Of a DNA stretch of 64,000 nucleotides, positions 58,188 to 64,000 are shown one piece after another. Positions within the stretch are counted from its first letter, which is position 1, and the number at the start of each line of letters is the position of its first letter. The notes under the pieces were generated by a model. That model worked only from the letters and a program-made list of their open reading frames with translations. It did no database searches and was not told where the DNA came from. The translations under genes and the position numbers were made by a program. This stretch comes from Flaccisagitta enflata (taxonomy: Eukaryota). Location of the stretch: contig OZ231126.1 of the NCBI GenBank assembly GCA_965153355.1, positions 34,472,001 to 34,536,000 of the forward strand. The letters are read 5' to 3'.

Positions 58188-59814
58188 GTTCTCCCCTCTC
58201 CTTCTTCTCTATCTCCCCGTGATTATCTTGGGTAAAAAAAAACGCTGGCATGTGATAGTGCCAACCAAATAAAGTTGTACATATCACGGAAAAAAAACCG
58301 TTAATTCCCTTAGAAAATTCAAAAATTTGAAGAAAAAATCGCCGAAAACAGGGAAAGTGACTTGAAATCAAGCTCAATTTAAACGTGGTTTTCTAGAAGC
58401 AATGACAGAAAAAAATGAAGCGCGTTGTGGCATTTGCAATCGTGCCATACATTTTTTTTTATAAAAGAGACAGCTTTTATGAACTCAGCATGGGTGTTCT
58501 TAAATTTTTGGCTATTGTCAGCCTGAAATTCTCTAATATATAGATTGTCTAAGAATACCTTATTCAGAACAGTTCTATCTTGAACTTGATCATTAAAATG
58601 GTTTCTTTGATATAACGCCTGATTTCATGGGACCGACCGACGGACCGACTGACAAAGCGGGGTGTTGAGTCACGTAGCACGCGACTAAAAAAAAGTGTAC
58701 AGTGCAAACTTTGATCAACAACTGCGATGATAACGCATTTAAAGAAATGCGAAGGAACAAGTTTCAGCGCCAACCAGATACGGAAGTCGCATGGCGATTA
58801 GGAGGCGCGTCAAAATCGCGTCGAAATCGTGGCGGTAATGCTTCGTCGCAAGGCTCTACTCGTCGGCAACTGTAGGTTTATATGCGCCCACTTGGTTTTT
58901 TTTTCTCTAACATTGACAAAGTTATAATTATTGTTGCTTAATAACCTTGACATTCAACTCAAATCCCCTACACGTCTTTCTCTTTCACTTTTGCTCATCT
59001 TGTGTTTATTGGCTAAGAAGCAAAACAAGATTTAGTTTTGGCCAATATGTGTGCCTTGCTGATAAAGAATACCTGAATAATTAAATGAATGTTTTAAATG
59101 CGTGATTTAAATGTCTGAATGAATGATACAAATGAACAAATGATTCAAATGAATGAATGAGCGACTGAATGAAATGAATGTGGGAAGGCGTGGGAGATAT
59201 TAAGAACAACATTGCAGCCAGCCATTTTCAGCAGTTTTGAGGTTTGCGTCAATGACAGACATGCACATAAAACAGGTCTTGGTTACAATATTGTCGCAGA
59301 CACACAGTTACAAACACACATACGCTCTCACACACACAGCAATTTAATGCACGTTCAGCATGACTGAACAATAGACCAATGAAGGAAAAAAGCTTACAGA
59401 CAAATGTGACGCTGATTTCTTAAGCTGAAGTAGCAAAATGTGCTTAAACTTGAAATCATGAAAATATCGGTCCTTAAGAAATTAGTTTTAGACTTTGAAT
59501 ATGGGTAAATTTTTCGGGTAATTTTCACTGACATTTGACTCAATTTCGATTCTGGGAATTAAAATGATTGCTATCAAATCTCTTTTTTCTCATGGGCGAG
59601 TTTCATTTGCCACTTGGCTTTCATCATTGGCTATATATCTTCATGGCTCCGCCACTTTCCTATGCTTTGCTGCCACAAACTTTTCTCATCATTGAATCAT
59701 TACTGGCGTTTTCCTCTTTGCAGCTCCTGCCCAAATGCTTGGTTAGCCTATTTTATCACTAACCCTGCCCACCTGCATGCGACCTGGGTAGCCAAGTACC
59801 ATTTTCTTCTGTCT

Positions 59815-60406
<592 letters not shown>

Positions 60407-61022
60407 CTCTCTTTCTCTCTTTTTTCTCTCTTTCTTTATTTTTTTCTCTCTCTTTGTTTGTTTGTTTCTTTCTTTATTTCTTGCTTTCATTATTGCTTTT
60501 TTTTTATATTTTTTTATATTTTCTTTTTTTATTCTTGCTTTCTTTGTTACTTTCTGTTTTTCCTTCCTCCCTTTCTTTCTTGTTTTTCTTGCTTTTATCT
60601 TTTATTTTTTGGTCGCAGACACAAATTCTACGAGCCAGTTTTTTGTACGTCCATCTGTCTTGGTTGGTCCGTCTATCTGTCTTTTTTTGTTTTTTCAGCT
60701 CCTATTCACCTATCTGCTAACAAGGCAGAGGAAAAGGAACTAATCAGCCTTAATTTAGTCAAATAAGCACCTTTATGAGGAGAATGATACGCTGTTATTC
60801 CACAGATGAGGTGAAAGAATGGAAAATATGCTTATTTGGGGCCCTAATGCTCATTCAGGGCCAGTTTTAAACCAAATTAATGATCATAGACCCCTCTGAC
60901 CATCTCCATTGAATTCTACAGCTTCATATTTGTCAGATTTTATGCAAAAATAACGAGAATACTCCTTGAATCAGTTGAAAAGGCTAAAAAATGGCCAAAA
61001 TGCTCATTCCAGGGCCCATATG

Positions 61023-62516
61023 CAGGCCTTTATTTAGAGCGAGCCCGCGAGCCCGAGGCTCTCTATTTCGCAGTTGGGCTCTCACTTTTTGCTGGCACTG
61101 AGCCCGGCAGGCTCTCTGTGTTTTGGTGAGACCTGTTAGTGGATTTGAACACTATTGTAGAATTTCAAAAGCGCCCACTATGGCCAAAAAAAAAAAAAAG
61201 GAAAAACAAAAAAGAAAAAAAAACGAGCAAAATGTTGTTATTGTTATACATTTTAGCAAAGAGAAAAATCTGGCAAAATCCATGGTCTTAGCTCAAAGAA
61301 ATGCTCTGTGAAAGCTCTTTCAAATATGACCTTGTTGGTTGTCCTATCTCCATTTATTTCGAAATGGCATTAGAAGGAAGACAGGTGGAAAAAAACTGGA
61401 AAATTCACTTTAGTCTACAGGATTCTTTTTAAAAGTATAAGAATTGAACGTGTCAATCTGTTCTTGGTGCCGGCCATTCTTAAGAAAGTTTTAAGCTTAA
61501 ATTAAGAAATTAGCAACATTTTTAGGGCGTTGCTACTTTTCCCTGCCCATTTATCTGATTTGCCTGGGCACTGCCCCTGTCCACCTGGAACTTGGGCAAC
61601 TGTATATCCAGCTTTTTTTTAAATTGTAATGTAATTGAGTCTAATTTAGATAGTTCACACATGATTTCTGGTTACAGAGATACAAAAGAAAGCCATTGTT
61701 TTATGCCAGTGCTAGTGATGTGGAAGCGGAAGCGGAAGCGGAAGCGGGTGGAAGCGGCACCTTCACACTGGAAACGGAAGCGGAAGCGGAAGCGGTTTTT
61801 ATGATCTGAGTGGAAGCGGAAGCGGAAGCGGAAGCGGTTTTGAAACATTTGGTGGAAGCGGCAGCGGAAGCGGAAATTAAAAATTCAATGGAAATGGAAG
61901 TGGAAGCGGAAGCGGAAGCAGATACAGTGGAAGCGGAAGCGGAAGCGCTGAAAGCTTCCGCTTCCGCTTCTACATATTATCAGGCTTGAGCAATTCTATA
62001 AGGTAATATGATTAAGAAATTCTTGTGTATTTGGTTTTCCCAATAAATGTAACTAATTTTGTAATTTTCACTATACAATACAATGCAATAATAAAAGAAA
62101 TAATCATGAAATAACCAAATGGAAGTAAAAAAAATCAGCATTCAAGATTCTGAGAACAGAAGAAGTAAAAGTGTTAAATAAAAAGAAGAAGAAGAAAAAG
62201 AAAATAAAGATTAAGTGAAAGTGAAAGTGGGTAAAGGATAAAGAAAAGGAAGAGGAAGAGGAAATTGTGAGAGTCTAAGTGACTGAAAAAAAGAAGAAGA
62301 GGAGGAAAAATTTGAGGAGTAGGAGGAGGAAAAAGAAGAAGAAAAGATAGAAAAATTTTGGCGGGTAAAGAATAAGGGAGAGGAAGAGGAAGAGTTTGAG
62401 TGAGTAAAAGTTTAAGAAGAGGAGGAGGAAGAAGAAGAATGCACATCTGTTAAGGAGGCAGTGAAAAGCTAGAGGGGATGAAGAAGAGGATAAAAATAAT
62501 AGAAATATAGATAAAA

Positions 62517-62569
<53 letters not shown>

Positions 62570-62838
62570 AAAAAAAAGAGATGGCCGGATATACAGCTAC
62601 CCTAGTGGCATACGGGTGGGCAGGGGCAGTGATAGAGAAGGTCAATGACGCATTTAGGCAGGAGCAATGAGCTCAAAAGGCTCAAAAATGCCCAAAAAAA
62701 TGGGGACCGACTGACCAACCAACAGATGGATGGACGGACGGACAAAGCGAGGTGTAGAATCGCGTAGCATGCGACTAAAAATGAAAGAGAGAAGGAGAGA
62801 AAGAGAGAAAGAAAAAGAAAAAGAGAAAGAGAGAGACA

Positions 62839-62888
<50 letters not shown>

Positions 62889-63824
62889 AACAAAAATAAA
62901 CAAAAATAAACAAACATAGCTAAAAAATCTAACAGTAGCTATAAAAAAAAACAAAGAAAAAGATAAAAATATCTATATGCAATATTTATTTAATCCAATT
63001 TAAGAAATCATTATAATGTATGAATTATTATCAATTCTTAGTTTATCAATATTATGTTTGTTTGTTAGTTTGCCTGCTTAACAGATATGCTCATCTTTTG
63101 ATTTGCAAACTGGCCATTTTGATAACAATAAATCCAAATTTGACGGTTTGGTTAACAATTTATCTTTTTTTTATAATGACATTGTATTGTACAAAAAACA
63201 TAATTGATTCATTTATTCATAGTTAAGAATAAAACACCTGGTAGCCTTTTTTATTTCTACCAATTACATTTTTTTTAGTGTCATATCATATCAATTTTAT
63301 ATCTATAGTCAAGGGTTTTTATGTAAGTATTATAACTATATTTTTCTATTTGAAAGATATTCATTTTTATTACTCAGGATTCTTGTGAATCAAGTACTAT
63401 TGAAATTGAAGTTCTTCTTTATTATGATATTAGATAAAATAATATATGCTTTAGTAGATGTGGTAATGGAAGCGGAAGCGGAAGCGGAAGCGGAAGCGAT
63501 AAAAAAAATTGAAATGGAAGCGGAAGCGGAAGCGGAAGCTTAAAAAAATTTTTAAATGGAAGCGGAAGCGGAAGCAAAAAAAATTTATTGAATGGAAGCG
63601 GAAGTGGAAGCGGAAGCAAAAAAAATTTTAAAAATGGAAGCGGAAGCGGAAGCGGTCCAAAAATTTGGCGCTTCCACATCACTAGCCAGTGCTATGATGT
63701 AAGCTCACATGATTAGATATTTGTTTATTTGCTGCCGGGCTCGCTGTTTTTCCATCGGGCTCAGTAAAATTGTGCAGAGAGAGCCCGACTGGCTCTGTCA
63801 AAAAATTCACTAAAAAAAGGCCTG
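61023..63824. mobile_element. hAT-type element (CAGGCCTTT family) containing a second hAT element
   Basis: TIRs CAGGCCTTT / AAAGGCCTG. Perfect 8-bp TSD CCCATATG. Confidence 0.85.
61713..63684. mobile_element. hAT-type non-autonomous element with (GGAAGC)n subterminal arrays
   Basis: TIRs TAGTGATGTGGAAGCG / CGCTTCCACATCACTA. Perfect 8-bp TSD GCCAGTGC. Confidence 0.9.
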
Positions 63825-64000
63825 CCCATATGCTCGATCAGGGCCGAGTGTGGGACGGGATCCTGACAGATTTTGCCATTTTTGACCTCAGAAATGGATT
63901 CTACGGATTGAAAACCTTATAATATCAATCCTCAAATCCACTGACTTATCAACTTGGGTTTCTGTCACTTTTTTGGACCCCAAGAAGAATAAGAAGATGA

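Overview
Eukaryotic (invertebrate-like, AT-rich, repeat-dense) genomic DNA. The host gene is a + strand sphingosine-kinase-family gene, with five exons reconstructed at 868-980, 1693-2368, 2969-3038, 38349-38636 and 40411-40914. Its 35.3-kb intron holds a giant CACTA/EnSpm (CMC)-type DNA transposon at 6122-36128: 30 kb (about 23 kb without its largest nested insert), 68-bp CACTC...GAGTG terminal inverted repeats (TIRs) and a 2-bp AA target site duplication (TSD). Besides an intronless C2H2-zinc-finger/DDE transposase, the element carries five co-oriented spliced cargo genes. These are a 722-aa Ser/Thr/Pro-rich protein with a PLDLS (CtBP-type) motif, a 22-exon 1399-aa protein whose ATG overlaps the transposase stop (TAATG), a 124-aa protein, and two tandem mini-TRIM37-like RING+B-box genes that each lack one RING zinc ligand. 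An inverted, internally deleted transposase copy sits head-to-head with the main transposase gene. The element is one layer in a stack of nested TIR elements with TA, AA, GGTA and GGTTGGGG TSDs. The rest of the window is hAT, Tc1/mariner-pogo and Chapaev-type MITEs, DINE-1/HINE-like repeats, minisatellites and microsatellites. All gene models were built by hand from splice signals and reading-frame continuity. Family assignments come from recalled motifs, not from database searches.
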